From assembly GCF_009914755.1 (NCBI RefSeq), contig NC_060942.1: DNA of 64,000 bases, one strand, 5' to 3'. This DNA is from the human T2T-CHM13v2.0 reference genome, Homo sapiens. The stretch's first letter is position 1. Each line of letters begins with the position of its first letter. Below are positions 1 through 15,550 of this stretch, piece by piece. The notes beneath the pieces are model-generated. The model did no database searches. It was not told the DNA's origin and saw nothing but the letters and a program-made list of their open reading frames with translations. The translations under genes were made by a program, and so were the position numbers.

Positions 1-299
1 AGAGAGGGTAGAATTATAAATTAGAACGATGGTTATAGGAACCGAGCAAAGAGATACTAAGAATTAACTAATTCCATCATATTCTTGTTGTATTTTCTTA
101 ATTACCATTGTTTAAAAGCATTGAGTGATCAAGGAGGAAGAGTTTGGTTATAGTGATCCTGCCTGTCTACACTCTGCCTTTTTAATTTGGTTTAATTAAT
201 TTCATTTATTTATTTTTAGGATCCCAACAGGCTGAACCCCTTACTGTGAGTCTGCCACAAGTGGCTTTTAGTACCTCTTGGAGCTCAGCTCCTTGCTTG

Positions 300-600
300 G
301 TTGCTTATTGATTGATTGAGATGGCATCTTGCTCTGTCATCCTGGCTGGAGTGCAGTGGTATAATTCACCTCACTGCAATCTCGGCCTCCTGGATTCAAG
401 CACTTCTTCTGTCTCAGCCTTCTGAGTAGCTGGGACTACAGGGGCGTACCACCATACCTGCCTAATTTTTGTATTTTTAGTAGAGACCGGGTTTTGCCAT
501 GTTGGCCAGGCTTGGTCTCAAACACCCGACCTCAAGTGATCTGCCTGCCTCGGCCTCCCTAAGTGCTGGGATTACAGGTGTGAGCCATGGAGCCCAATCC
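300..600 (-). mobile_element. Alu (AluJ-like)
   Basis: Antisense Alu dimer. Flanking direct repeat agctccttgctt / agcttcttgctt. Confidence 0.9.
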
Positions 601-1195
601 AGCTTCTTGCTTCTTAGTGAGTAGGCACAGTTTTGAGGTGGTTTTTCACATAAATAATGAGTATTCATGATAGCAGGACTTGTAAGTAGAGAGAGACTAA
701 CATAGGTGCCAGGACTGTTTCATGAATGAGTAACAGTCATGGAGTCAGTAGATGGCAGTGAAACGGTAACCTCCTGGAAGGCACTGCCTGCTGGTGTTGG
801 TACATGAGGATGGAGATGAGTAATTTATAAGTGATCTGCATCCCAGCATTGGGGGTTAAGAGCAGCTTCCTCTTCAGAAGACTGCAGGGGAGACAACGTC
901 TTCAGGAACGTCAGTCAGGTTTCCACAAGGAGGTGGAGAGAAAGTTCAGTGTATTTTACCATGGAGTTGGCATTCCAGAAGGTAAAGTTGTAGGAGGGTG
1001 AGCAGTGGGTGGCTGGAGCAAAGGAAGACAACAGAGTTGGGGATAAGATGGCAAAAAATGGATGATCCCAGGTGCTTATATTTTGTAGGTAGCTAAGAGG
1101 GTGAAAGTATAGTGTTTTACTTCTCATGACCACTGGTTTTCCTTCTACCCCTCCTTACTGCTTTTTCCTTTTCCACGTAGGCTTTTCTATACTCT

Positions 1196-1509
<314 letters not shown>

Positions 1510-1856
1510 TCTATACTCTTACGCAGCTACTTCCACCACACTACTTTTCTACTTCATTGGACCAATCCCCCATCCCTTTATCAGTCCTCTCCCAGCTTCC
1601 TGTCCTTCCCTATCAAGCCTATATAGGCCCAGCTGTCCTTTGCCAATGTCACTTATAGAGTTGACTTTCCTGTTGTACTTACCTGGCAGAGTCTGATCCC
1701 TGGATGCACACTTTGAGCCTGTATCCCCCATGCTAAGCATAGCTGGAGAAAATCACTTTGTCACAGAGTTAAAGGTTGCCTTAATTTCCTAGTCTGCGGC
1801 TTCATCCAGGCTCTCAGCGCTTCCCAGAAACTCCCCCTTTTCCTTAGGCAGCATTC

Positions 1857-2158
1857 TTTTTTTTTACTTTTTTTGAGACGGAGTCTTGCTCTGTCACCCA
1901 GGCTGGAGTGCAGCGGCGCCATCTCAGCTCACTGCAAGCTCTGCCTCCCAGGTTCACGCCATTCTCCTGCCTCAGCCTCCTGAGCAGCTGGGACTACAGG
2001 CGCCCGCCACCACGCCCGGCTAATTTTTTTTTGTATTTTTAGTAGAGACGCGGTTTCACTGTGTTAGTCAGAATGGTCTCGATCTCCTGACCTCGTGATC
2101 CACCCGCCTCGGCCTCCCAAAGTGCTGGGATTACAGGCTTGAGCCACCACGCCCGGCC
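1857..2158 (-). mobile_element. AluY
   Basis: Diagnostic gcaagctc..ttcacgccattctc and ggtctcgatctcctgacctcgtgatc; CpG-rich. TSD gcattcttt. Confidence 0.93.
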
Positions 2159-2488
2159 TTGCATTCTTTCTCCGTAGTGGCTACTTCGCTTTTCTGCACC
2201 TGCCCACACCTACTCTCTGCAGATGGCCTTGCCACATTCTTCAAAATCCAGATTACCTCAGCTTTCTGCTGTCAAACCTATTCTCTGCCCTTTTGGAATA
2301 TGAACAGGTCTCTCTCATTGTTAAAAACTATGTATATACACATACATACAAACACCCTTCCCTCAAGCCCATATTCCTTACTCAGTACCATCCTATCTCC
2401 TTTTCCTCCATAGCCAAACTTCTTAAACTGTGTTTGCTCTTCCTTCCCTTTCATTATTCTTCAGATTGCTTTGCTATATTGGCTTTCT

Positions 2489-2612
2489 CCCAGGCTGGAG
2501 TGCAGTGGTGCAATCATGGCACACTGCAGCCTTGACTCCCTGGGCTCAAGCAATCCTCCTGTCTCAGTTTCCCGAGTTGCTGAGTCTGTAGTTGCACACC
2601 ACCACGTCTAAT
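2489..2612 (-). mobile_element. Alu monomer fragment
   Basis: ccaggctggagtgcagtggtgcaatcatggc...ctcaagcaatcctcc. Confidence 0.8.
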
Positions 2613-2949
2613 TCCCCGCCCCCCTCGCCCCACCCCATCTCTTAATTATTTATGTTCATCAATACTTGGGTTGTGTTTTCTAGACCACTTTTACTCTTCA
2701 GGATGATCTTTATTCTCTCATCTATTGCTGAGGATTTAACAAGTCTGTATTTCCTCTTTAGACCTCTGACCTGAGCTTTAGAACAGTACCGATTGTACCA
2801 TTGACTGTCATCTGCTTACTCCGTGATAGTTTCACTCATTTATGAAACATTCCTGGCACCTGTCTTAGTCTGTCTCTGCTTGCAAGTCCTGCTATCATGA
2901 ACACTCATTATTTATGTGAAAAGTTATGTGAACTGCTTATTGGACATAT

Positions 2950-3118
2950 TAAAGGCACATAATCATCATGCCCTGAGCAACCACCCTCAGCTTTTATTAG
3001 TGCACTGAATGGCACTGTAACTCTATCCATTTACCTAAGTCAGAAACCTAAGCATCATTTTTGACTTTCTATGTTCTTTCATTTGCCTAATTCCCAACAT
3101 TACTAACCCTCCATTCGT

Positions 3119-3150
<32 letters not shown>

Positions 3151-3760
3151 CCATTGTTTTTTTTTCCTAGTTCAGCCACAGTCATTTCTCACCCAGGAAG
3201 CTGCAGCAGTCTAACTGGTTTTGTTGCCTCCAGTATTTCCTGTCCTGCTTGCTATCAGTTTCATTTCTATACTCTGAAAGGAAATTCTTTAAAATGCAAA
3301 ACCAGATGACGTCACCCCTCTGCTTACCCTCTGCTTAAATGGTTCAGTGGCTTCCTACTTCTCAAAGCTAAGTCCAGACAGCTTACCATGATCTGACCTG
3401 CTGACTTTGGTAGCCTTGTTTCTTATTACTCTTTTGACTGTTACCCCCAAATCTCACCAAACTTTTATACCTTAAAGGACAACAGAATGTTCTGTATGCC
3501 ACTTCCCCTCATCTGTGCCTACTCTTCCTTGAGAACCCAGCTTCCCTGATTACCCTCAAGTCTGGTGAATGTTCCCTATCAGAGCAGTTTTCAAGCCATG
3601 GTGCAATAGACTGCTTTTTATTATCTCTGCATATATCGCAGGTTCATTGAGGGTAGAGACTATGCCTGCCTTGTTCCCCATAGTATTTCTAGCACTTAGC
3701 ACAGTGCATAGCATGTCGCAAGTATTTATTGTAGGTACAAACAAATAAAGTAAACAGTAA
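2950..3760 (+). mobile_element. Degenerate L2 3' region
   Basis: L2-like text, including the 3' end gagggtagagactatgcctgccttgttc...ctagcacttagcacagtg. Confidence 0.6.
3119..3142. repeat. (CA)n microsatellite
   Basis: Direct observation. Confidence 0.95.
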
Positions 3761-4395
3761 AGACTGTTTGAATTATTGAATATGGAAAAGTTGAAGGCTA
3801 TAAAGAAGAGAGTCTGTGATTTTGTATTCTTCCTTAGCAGTACAGTTGGAACAGTGTGCATGAGGATAGGAATAACTAAAACATTGAAGTAGAACTTGGA
3901 TGAAGACTTGGCCACAAGCAAGGTATTGGGGATCAGAGCAAGAATCTAGGTTTACGAAAGCAAGACTTAACCAATTCCATTTAAGCAGCCTCCCTAGATT
4001 TAATAAAACAGAGTTTTATCTGGTGAATGCCACCTTTTGTATGCTTATAGGGTCCAGATATGTGCCCACTGCTAGTGCCACATAATCTGGATTACAAACC
4101 CACGCAAACTGTGATATATAATCTCAATCACTGGTTTATCTAGGAGCCATTCTAAGCATTAAAAATTTTTCACATATATGCATCATTTTCAGTCGAAGAA
4201 TAAAAGGTAAAAATAGTACTAAAGAATTATGAAAAAGACCCACAATCATATTCAAACTTGATTATTTTTCACAGCTTTACTCAGAATCTACATATTTTTA
4301 TAGTGTTATGTGTAATACTTTATATGTTAGTATACATTTTTCCAAGTTGCTACATAGCACTGTAATGAATATCTTTGGATATAACATTTTGCTTA

Positions 4396-5188
<793 letters not shown>

Positions 5189-6323
5189 AAATTTTATTTT
5201 ATTTACATTGGTTTAGTTTAGATTAGGTGTTGTGTAGATTTTTTTTTTAAATATGGGAAATAATTTTGTATCAGATCACAATATATTTAAATAAAAATAC
5301 CCTTTAGAGGGTAAATGAGAATTTGTACTCATTGCAACTCTGTTTATTCTATGTTAACTCCTAGGTATTCTAAAATTCAGCCTTTTAAATCAGAACATTC
5401 AAGAGCTGGTACATAGGCCGAATTATTTTAGCTCTTGCTAGAATTGTTTTTAGAGCCATGTACTTTGATGCCATGCCATTAGCCATTATTGAGAGTTCTG
5501 TGAAGCTCATGTTTTCTGTGATGTTGGAGAATGTATTTTATTGCATCATATAATACGTGCTTTGGGAAGACTCTTGTAAAGAAGTCCTTACATCCCCCAG
5601 TGCCACAAACTGTTATGTTTTTCCAGAGTGTGTGGTTTGTTTCTAAGGAGAACTCTCAGCAATGTACAAGTTACATTTCAGTTGCTCAGAGCCAAAATTG
5701 TGATTTACCTCCAGCCTTCCTTTTTAGATGTAGTTTTGGGTCAGATTTTGTCAAATCTATGTTTCTTTAGAGAGGACATGTGCTAAATCTTTCACAAAGC
5801 ATCTCAGTATAAATATGGTATTAGTGATTACTTCTGTTATTCTATATGTGCCTTTGGGCTTTTCTGGTTTAGAGTTTGGTTCTATTAAAATGATAAGCAG
5901 TAGAGAGCCCCACTGCCTTCTAGGTGGTTACGCAGGTCGTTTAAAAGCTGACTGGAGTTGAATGCAAAAAGCATTACAGCATAAAATATATAGAGTTTGT
6001 TATGGTTTAGGTAGACAGATATAGGTATTTACCAAAGCATTTAAATTTTTTTATCCTAAGGAGTAGCGAGTGAGAGACTTTGAGTTCATACTTTTATGTA
6101 CTGCCATGTTGTTTGAATATACATCATGAGCATATATTCTGTATATTTTTTGAACAAAGAACACTGCCCCAGCTTATTTGACAGTTTTGCTGTGGCAAGC
6201 TCTCACAGGGTGATTCTGTTTCTGTGACTAAACCTAGATGACAAATCTGTCAATGAGTTGTTTCCACTGTTTGTGAGGAATAAAATTATAGTGCTTGTTT
6301 TTTTTCCTCCCCTTCTCTCTCAG

Positions 6324-6447
6324 GTCATTTGGATCCAGGATTCCTAGCAAGTGACAAAACATCTGGCAATGCGCCACTCAATGAAGAAATTAACATTGCG
6401 TCTTCAGATAGTGAAGTAGAGATTGTGGGAGTTCAGGAACATGCAAG
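6324..6447 (+). CDS. ARK2N: ARK2N (C18orf25/ARKL1) penultimate coding exon, 124 nt, phase 1 in / phase 2 out
   Basis: Acceptor ttttcctccccttctctctcag| and donor AAG|gtagga. Reads (G)HLDPGFLASDKTSGNAPLNEEINIASSDSEVEIVGVQEHA(R), which I recognise as ARK2N and as homologous to the RNF111/Arkadia NEEIN..DSEVEIV SIM region. Confidence 0.96.
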
Positions 6448-7065
6448 GTAGGATACTAATTGGAGTAGTCTGATATTTTAAGTTATAAATTCTATTTTAA
6501 CCAGAAAACAAGTTAAAAGAAAATGGTAGACTTTATGGCATAGCTGGCATGAATGAATGATGGGAGTTCTTGGTTTTGTTTTGTTTAAGAAACACTTTTT
6601 GTTTAGACATGATATGAGCCTTAGAGTGTGTTATATATTGTCTCATATCAAGGACATTTCAACCATACATGTCTGTGAACTAGAGCTGATGTTTTTTTCT
6701 TTTAAGCAAATGTTTAGTTAGCTTGACAGACTTTTCATTTAAGGCAGAAGTATCACTGTACTTTTTTCTCTCACGTTTATACTTTCTTGCCTTTCACTTT
6801 ACCTGGAAATATACTAGGAGCAAACAGTTGGGAAACATGCATCTGACATCATGCCTTTTTGACTGGTTTCCTAGAGCAACTCTCCTTGTCTTTCATTAGA
6901 AGCAAACTTGCAAGTTATTTTGGTCTGTTTTTACAGAGTGTATTTCCAGTAATGCTCATATAACTAAGGGAGTCTTTTTTCTTAGGATTAAAAGAAACCC
7001 CACAAGACATCAAGTTGGTGTGTAGCATTATAAACATAATTTATGAAGTTTGGCATTCGTTAAGG

Positions 7066-7421
7066 TAGGGGTCAGCAAACTGTGGCCCATAGGCCAATTC
7101 TGGCCTGCTGCCTGTTTTAGTCTGGGCTGTGAGCTAAGAATGATTTTTACCTTTTTAGGTGGCTGGTGGGAAAAAAAAATCAAATGAAGACTGATACTTT
7201 GTGACATGTGAAAATTACAGGAATTAAAATTTTAGTCTATAAATAAAGTTTTATTTTAACAACCATGCTTGTTCATTTTATATATAATCATCGATGTCTG
7301 TTTGTGCACTCCACTGGCAAAGTTGAATCGTTTCAACAAAGATTATATGTCCTCCCCAAAGCCTAAGATATGTACTGTCTGAAAAGTCAATACCTTTGCA
7401 GAAAACATTTGCTGACTCCTG
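7066..7421. mobile_element. hAT-Charlie MITE (MER58B-like)
   Basis: TIRs taggggtcagcaaact / catttgctgactcctg. 8-bp TSD cgttaagg / ctttaagg. Internal aaataaagttttatt motif. Confidence 0.85.
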
Positions 7422-7934
7422 CTTTAAGGTATGTTCATAATAATTGGTTCCAACCCTTTCAGCGATATTCTTCTGAAACATTCTGGAACATCCTTTCCCC
7501 ACCTCCCCTGCCGCACATGCACACACCCACCCACCCCCCAAAATTTAGACTTTAGAACTTGTGTATTTTGTATAAAGCAAACAACTTTTCTCCCATGCCA
7601 CAAGAGTGAAGTTGTGATTTTCTGGTAAATAGGTATATAACATAGTGTATTCATTACTTGGCTCTTTGATCTGATTTTACTCTGGTTACCCAGGTAATAA
7701 AACACATTTGCCAGCATTTCTTCTGTCTCTTATATAAAAGACAAACTTAAAAGTATAGAGTGGAGATGAAATACAGATACATGTACGTTAAGGGTATCTT
7801 TTTCTAGAGAGATCTAAGTATACTTTGAGAGCATTTTTCAGTCAAATAATTGGAACTTTAAGGATGTAGAGTTAATTTGTAGTTTAACATGCCGTCTCCC
7901 CAAAAGTGGCCAATTCTGGCTTTTTCAGAACTAG

Positions 7935-8384
<450 letters not shown>

Positions 8385-10546
8385 TAATGATTATTCTCCC
8401 TATTCCGGTGGGAAATAATTTTTATTTTTCAGTCTTTCCTTTACTCTCTGTTTTCTGCCTTAATTACAAATTTTTTCCTATTAAATTCTCTTCCTTTTTT
8501 CCATTTTTCTGTTTAGGCTGACTTACCTACCAGATGAGAAAGCTAGAACTACTGATTTCTTCCTTTACATCAGCAAATTTTTGTCTTTGGTTTATTTCAC
8601 CATTGTTGCTTATGATATAAATTATCCTTTTAAGCCCCATGTCAGGATCTTTCTAGACTATTGTATTTTTAAATTTTAGGGTTCCTACTATGATACCCTG
8701 CCCATTGACAGGTCAGTGTGGGTGAATTATCTTCAAATGTGCCAGGGACATATTATTCATTCACCAACTTCCTTTTGAGTTACATTTCAAATTTTAATTC
8801 ATTGTACTTATGTGTTCCTACTTAAATAGGGAAGGAATAGGTAGTAACCTGTATTGTTTATCTAGTCTCTTACTCTGTGCTAAGACATATCACTTGGTCA
8901 AGTTCTCTGTTAATTTCTAACTCGTCTCCCTTTTTATTGTTTCCTTATGCCTAGAAATGTTACAGCATGAACCACACTTATTTTTAGCTTCTTTGTTCAA
9001 TGTTTCTTCATCATTAAATGTTTATCTTCTTTTTTTAAAAAAAAATATTTTTGTATCTGGAGTTACAGTTATCATTATATTTCTATGAAAACCTGGAAAT
9101 TTAAATTCTCAGTTCTCCCCACCCCTAACACACACAATCCCTATTCTACACTTGAACAAAGTGACTTTGTCTACATTTTAAATAACGTTACATTATTTTC
9201 AAGGATTTTTTCTTACAGGCTCTGAAGCATAAAGCTGTGTTTTATTCTTACTTATTGGTTTGAATCCTGGGAAATCGTATCTTGTAGGTGACATCCATTT
9301 TAAAACCTCAGTGGTGGTTAAAATTGTCCGTATAATGGAATGTAGAGTTTACAGATTCTTTGGGGTATTTTTCACTGACTCCTTTATTATTTTGTGAGGG
9401 TGTCTTTTATATTGATCTTGGGTCTAGGACTGAGTCTTTCTGATGTTTTTTTCCCTCAGCAGCTTCTGTATCAGTAGCCTGCTAATCTTTCAAACATTGG
9501 GATTAAAAAGCTGAGAAGCAAGTAGGAGAAGAGGCTTTCTTGTTGGTTGCTTCAGAGTTGCCCCTTGGCTGCCTGTATCTCATCTGGAATTTATTTCTTT
9601 TACGGGTCTAGGGTTGCAGTTATGAAGTATTGATGTGCTTCTGGCAGGGTTATCACTTGGAAAAAGGTTTTAGGTTTTGATCCACATCTTTTTGTTCTCA
9701 TTTGATTTGCATGTATAGAGTAGATGTTTTGTTTGGATTTAGTTGTCCTGTTCTTATTTTTTCTTTTCATATTCTACCTTGTTGTTGGGTTTTTAAGAGT
9801 TTTTAAGAACTCAGATTTGGTCCTTGAGTTGTTCTCTGGAATTGTGGCTGCCCTGACTTGTGTGGGGTGCCATTTTTCCATATTGGAAGCATTTTGTTTG
9901 GCCTTTGCACTCAGTAATTCTAGTTGTGATATGCCTCTCCCCCTCCTTTTTTGATAGTTATTTTTCTTTTCTTGCATGCTAATATCTTCTCCTATTCTTT
10001 TATTTTAGATTTTGATGTATTCATTTCTCTTTTGTGTATCCTCTAGTCCTAGACTAGAAAGCATGCTTTCTGAGCGAATGGTTGAACGCATATTTTATGA
10101 TTGCCTTGTATTGCTGTGTTGAACTCCTGGTTACCTAAATGTTATTTCCAGATGTTAATTTTTGGACAGTCCAGTTTCACAGATGCTCTTTGCTAGTGAG
10201 ATGGAGACTTTCCCAGCATCTCTAGTTCTTCTCTGCCCACTTAATTTTGCCAAAACTTTTAATTTACAAACCTCAGGCCAATAATTTTTTTTTTTGTCGT
10301 TGGTCCTGTTATTTTTTCCTTCTACCGACCTCATTGGTAATTGCTCTAGGAAGAGGAATACATATAGCACAGATCTGTATGTTATGGAACCGTGTTGGAA
10401 CAGTTCCTTTTGGTACCTGTTCTGAGGACCTCATTCTAGTCTGTTAATCCTGTGATCATTGGCGTTAATGTTGGGTTATTCCTCAGCAAAGTAATTGGTG
10501 TAGGAAGCTGTATTTGAGACTCATTGCTTCATAGGACCAGTTGCTA

Positions 10547-10850
<304 letters not shown>

Positions 10851-11777
10851 TAATATTAACTCCAAAAAAAACTAGTGATACAGATGAGTGTTTCCCTACA
10901 ATCACAAGGATTCATTTCCTCTTCAGTTAGGAAAAAGAAGTAGAAATGTTATCTAAGAGGTCACCTTCAGGCTGTCTGTAAATGAGAGTAAAATTGATTA
11001 ATTTTAATGTTGTTTTCTTAGAATGGTAAGCTAACTATATCAAAAGTTGACCGTCAGAGCCTGCTGTGTGTGCGCGCACACACTTCATTTCCACTGTGCA
11101 GCCTTTCTATTGATATTAGTGTATGAAGAACAGGAAATTATTCTATCAAACCATATTATTTATAATTATTTTTTCCTAACATTTTGGGAAGCAAGACCCA
11201 AGCATTTTCTTGGTTATAAAATGCAAAGTATGGCTCTAGGTTGTGTTTCATACCTGTCACCAATTGCATGCAGGTTAAACACTTTGTGAGAACAAAGCCT
11301 GTATCTGCACTAATACAGATTAGTAATACAATTGATTGGACCAATTAAAAACCAGCTGAGTATGTTCCTACCTCATGTCTTTCATGATACAGAAAAAGCA
11401 TATGTGATAATACATGAAACTATTTTTTTTTATGTTGCGTCACAAAATTTCGAGCCTCTTGCATCCATTATAGGACCACTCCAGAGGCTTAACAACCATT
11501 GTGCTCCCTCTTTCTCCTGAATTTTTTTCCCTATCTGGTATAAATTTTTGTGTAATGTATATTCTCTTATAAAATAGTTGAAATATTTCTCTAGCACCCT
11601 TCTGTTTACTAGATTGACTGTTTTTTCCCTCTGTAGTTAAAAAAAAATGTGTTAAAAGCCTTGTTCTGTCCTCATCCATCTCCTAACTCCCATTTTATTC
11701 AGTGTGTTTGAGATCATTAAAGTAAATAATTTTTGTGAATATTTTATTGGCTAATAACACATACAGATAACTAATAA

Positions 11778-12159
<382 letters not shown>

Positions 12160-12222
12160 ACTCTGCACTACTTTCTAATTACAACCTCCCCCTTTTCTTT
12201 TCCCCGTAACTACTATCTTGAC

Positions 12223-12387
12223 TTATTTTTTTGTTTTTATTTTTTGAGACCGAGGCTCAGCCACCCAGGCTGGAGTGCAGTAGCATGATCTCTGTTCACT
12301 GCAGCCTCGACCGCCAAGGCTCAAGCCATCCTCCCACCTCAGCCTTCCGAGTAGCTGGGACTATGGGTGCCCACTACCCCACCCAGC

Positions 12388-12438
<51 letters not shown>

Positions 12439-12641
12439 ACAGAGATGGGGTTTCACCATGGTGCCCAGGCTGGTGTCGAACTTGTGAGCTCAAGTGATCC
12501 TCCCGTCTGTGTGTGTGTGTGCGACAGAGATGGGGTTTCACCATGGTGCCCAGGCTGGTGTCGAACTTGTGAGCTCAAGTGATCCTCCCGTCTCACCCTC
12601 CCAGAGTGCTGGGATTACAGTCATGATCCACTGTGCCAGCC
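12223..12641 (-). mobile_element. Alu (AluJ-like) with internal (TG)n and an 85-bp-period tandem duplication
   Basis: Antisense Alu whose linker is replaced by (TG)n at ~12391-12435. 12438-12508 is repeated exactly at 12523-12593. Confidence 0.9.
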
Positions 12642-13879
12642 TATTCTGACTTTTATTGATAGTTTTGCCTGTTTTTGAACAAATCTTAAAGTCACTGTTG
12701 AGCTTGGAGGGCATCTTAAAATTTTCCTTAACATTCCTGACAGATGCCTCAGCAATTACTTGAGTACTTAAAAGGCAATTCATTCCATTTCTTAGTGGCT
12801 TTGTTCTATAGCAATGATTATCTGAAACTTGCCTTCTAGAAACTGATTCATGGTTCTAAGCATGCTCTCAGTGGTTTGCCTCGAGCATGAAATAGTACCT
12901 TTCATGGTGGCTTCCACCTCACAGTGATTCTCCCTTTGGGAATTCCATGTACAACTATTAATAATTAGAGTTAGGAAAGCTTTTGACCGAAGATAGTATC
13001 ATCACATTCTCCAGATAATCTAAAATTTTGAAGTAGGAGAAATAGAGAGGGTTAGGGGTTGTTCCATCATCTTAGGCTCTTTGAGGTGCCCAGTGTCCTA
13101 CTAATAAATTCTCTTCATTGTTTAAAGTAGCCTAAGCTGGTTTTTGGTAACTGGAACCATTTGTAACATAACTTCAGAAGTGATCTATTTTTAGATAGTT
13201 GAAGTGCCCTGTCTCCTATTCTCTCTCCTTCAGCCATTCCTCAGTAGGAAATAAGGTCTCTAAACCTCTCACTCTCCTAGTTCTTTTCCTATGCCAGACA
13301 CTTTCTAAACTCTTCTTTGCCGCTTATTGAATGGCCCTGGGAACCAGGCAGTGCTTCTTTCAGTCAAACATGATGTAGTAACTTCAGGTATAGCCTGAAG
13401 AAGGCATTGTTATTCAGTGGAAAATAAACCCTCGAGTGGAGACCTGATTTTACTCCAGTTCTATGCTTAACTTGTTTAAGAGCCTGGATGGTTGTCTTTT
13501 GGCCTAGGTTTTTTCTTCTGTATAATAAACAGATTAGATCAGATTTTTTAAAAAGCCACTGCTTGACGTTACATTGTATGATTACTTAGTGAGCAATACA
13601 GATAAACAATTGGGACTATATACTTCTTTTACTTCGGAGATATTTTTAGAAATTCTGCCAAAGATTACATTGACTCTCTTTGCCACTCGTTGCCTGAATT
13701 CTTACCAGGTTTCTAGCCAGCTTTACTTCAATTAGTGCTTATACAGGTGAGCTTTTGAATTGTCAAGTAACTTTATACTTCTAAATTGTTAGTTTGGGTC
13801 TATTTTTGTACTCTGATGATTCTTGTTGTGTTTTGCTGCACCCGATTTAATACACACATCTGTAAAGCAACAACATGAT

Positions 13880-14075
13880 ATGGAAAGCATTGGACCCAAA
13901 ATCAGACCTGTCTTCCTTGGCCTATCACTTTCAAGCATTGTGACTCTGAGCAAATCATGTAACCTGTTTAAGCCTCAGTTTCCCTCTCTGTAGAGTGAGG
14001 ATAGTAAATTCCATGCTTACCTCATAGGTCTGTCAGAATTGTCCAATGAGATAATATATGTGAAACTGCTTAGTA
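13880..14075 (+). mobile_element. MIR
   Basis: MIR core tgtgactctgagcaaatcatgtaacc...gcctcagtttccctctctgta...tgagataatatatgtgaaa. Confidence 0.8.
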
Positions 14076-15550
14076 AAGGTAGTGTTCCGTTGGCCTTCAG
14101 TCATCAAAACCATTTCTATAAATGTTGAATGGACTCCTTTGGCTGACATTTTTCCATGACTACATGGTCACTTAATATGAATTTATATAATGGGTTGAAC
14201 AGATGTGAATTAGACATTGGGCTTTATGTCCCTTATTTTAATGTCCCTATTTATTTCTCTAGCTAATCTTTGAAAAGGTAGTAGCCTCTGGGTTAGTAAC
14301 TACATAGCCCATCTCTGGACAGATGACGGGCTTCTGGTACTGTAGCAAATTTGCGTTCTGCCCTCTGCTCTGGCCCTGAGAGATCTGTTCTTAGGAATTT
14401 TTCTTAGTAAGGGAGAAGTTATCAGATTAAGCCTTTGTAGGAGTAGGGCATGTTTGCAGGAGTTTAAGGGTCCTTGGGGCAGTTTTGCAACTGAATCGTG
14501 TCCATTGTTACCCTAATGTTCTTTTGAATCTGGTGGTGTAGGTAGCATTAAACCAAAGCTGAAATTCTCAAGTGGCCCAGCATTATTTGTTGCTTACAGA
14601 TTGTCAAACAGCTGCTCAGGAGCCACTGTGGTAGTTTAGTGACTAGACTCATGCCACTTGTTACTTCTCACATAAGCTACCTGAGGGCTGGTCAGGAAGT
14701 TTAGATGAGAGGACATAGCATTGATCACATGAGTTGCCTGCCTTCCTCTCATTTGAGTCAGAACTTAGTGTTTTGGCCTGGAGGTTCACAATTCTATCAT
14801 TTGACTGGACTGTGGAATTCAAACTGTCAGTGTTTCTGAAACAATTTTATTTCAGTGAACTCTTGGTGTGACTTGCTAACAAGGCAGTTCTCTCCCTCCG
14901 ATAGAACCCTTTTAGTGGATCTAAACTGAAGATTCAGCTGTGTTACTTTCACGGAACCAAATTATAAGCGATTCTGTTGAATGAACCAAGTGCTTCTGTT
15001 GTGACCTTCAGGACAAGGGAAATTGATCCTTTATTCATGATCTATTACTTACAGACTTTTAGAAATTTAATCTGTGAAAGGGTATTACTGTCACTGTCTT
15101 TGAAGGCATTATTACCAATTATAAAGCTTATTTTAAGAACAAGTTTTAACTATTTTTCTTACTGTTTGATTTGTTCAGACTAAGATTGTTTGGGCATCTT
15201 AACTTTGTTCTGGATTTATGTGTTGCCCTATCATGAAGATCCCAGAGGTGTAAATGAGTCCAGAGAAACATCCTGTCACCCATGGTCAGTGACACAACTC
15301 AGGAGTTTCTGGCTGAGATAAGACCCTTGGCCTTTTTAAGGCTAAACTGAGAGAGGGACCAAGTGGGGTGTGGTGGGGTAGGGAGAGAGGGAGACAGAGA
15401 TGGAGGGAAGGATATTGATTGTGGGTTTTATGAACTTGCATACTAGGTTTATCTTAGTAAAAATGTTGATAAGTACAACTGAGGTCATATTGTCTTCTGT
15501 TTTTCCTGTGGTGGAATTAACCATGCTTTTGTTCTTCATCTCAATTGCAG

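Noticed and set aside
2613-2637. C-run cluster (minus-strand G-quadruplex potential); similar tracts near 46925 and 54995
   Set aside because: Common low-complexity motifs with no supporting context.
5496-5504. TTCTGTGAA Roquin CDE-like stem-loop
   Set aside because: Intronic, so absent from the mature mRNA.
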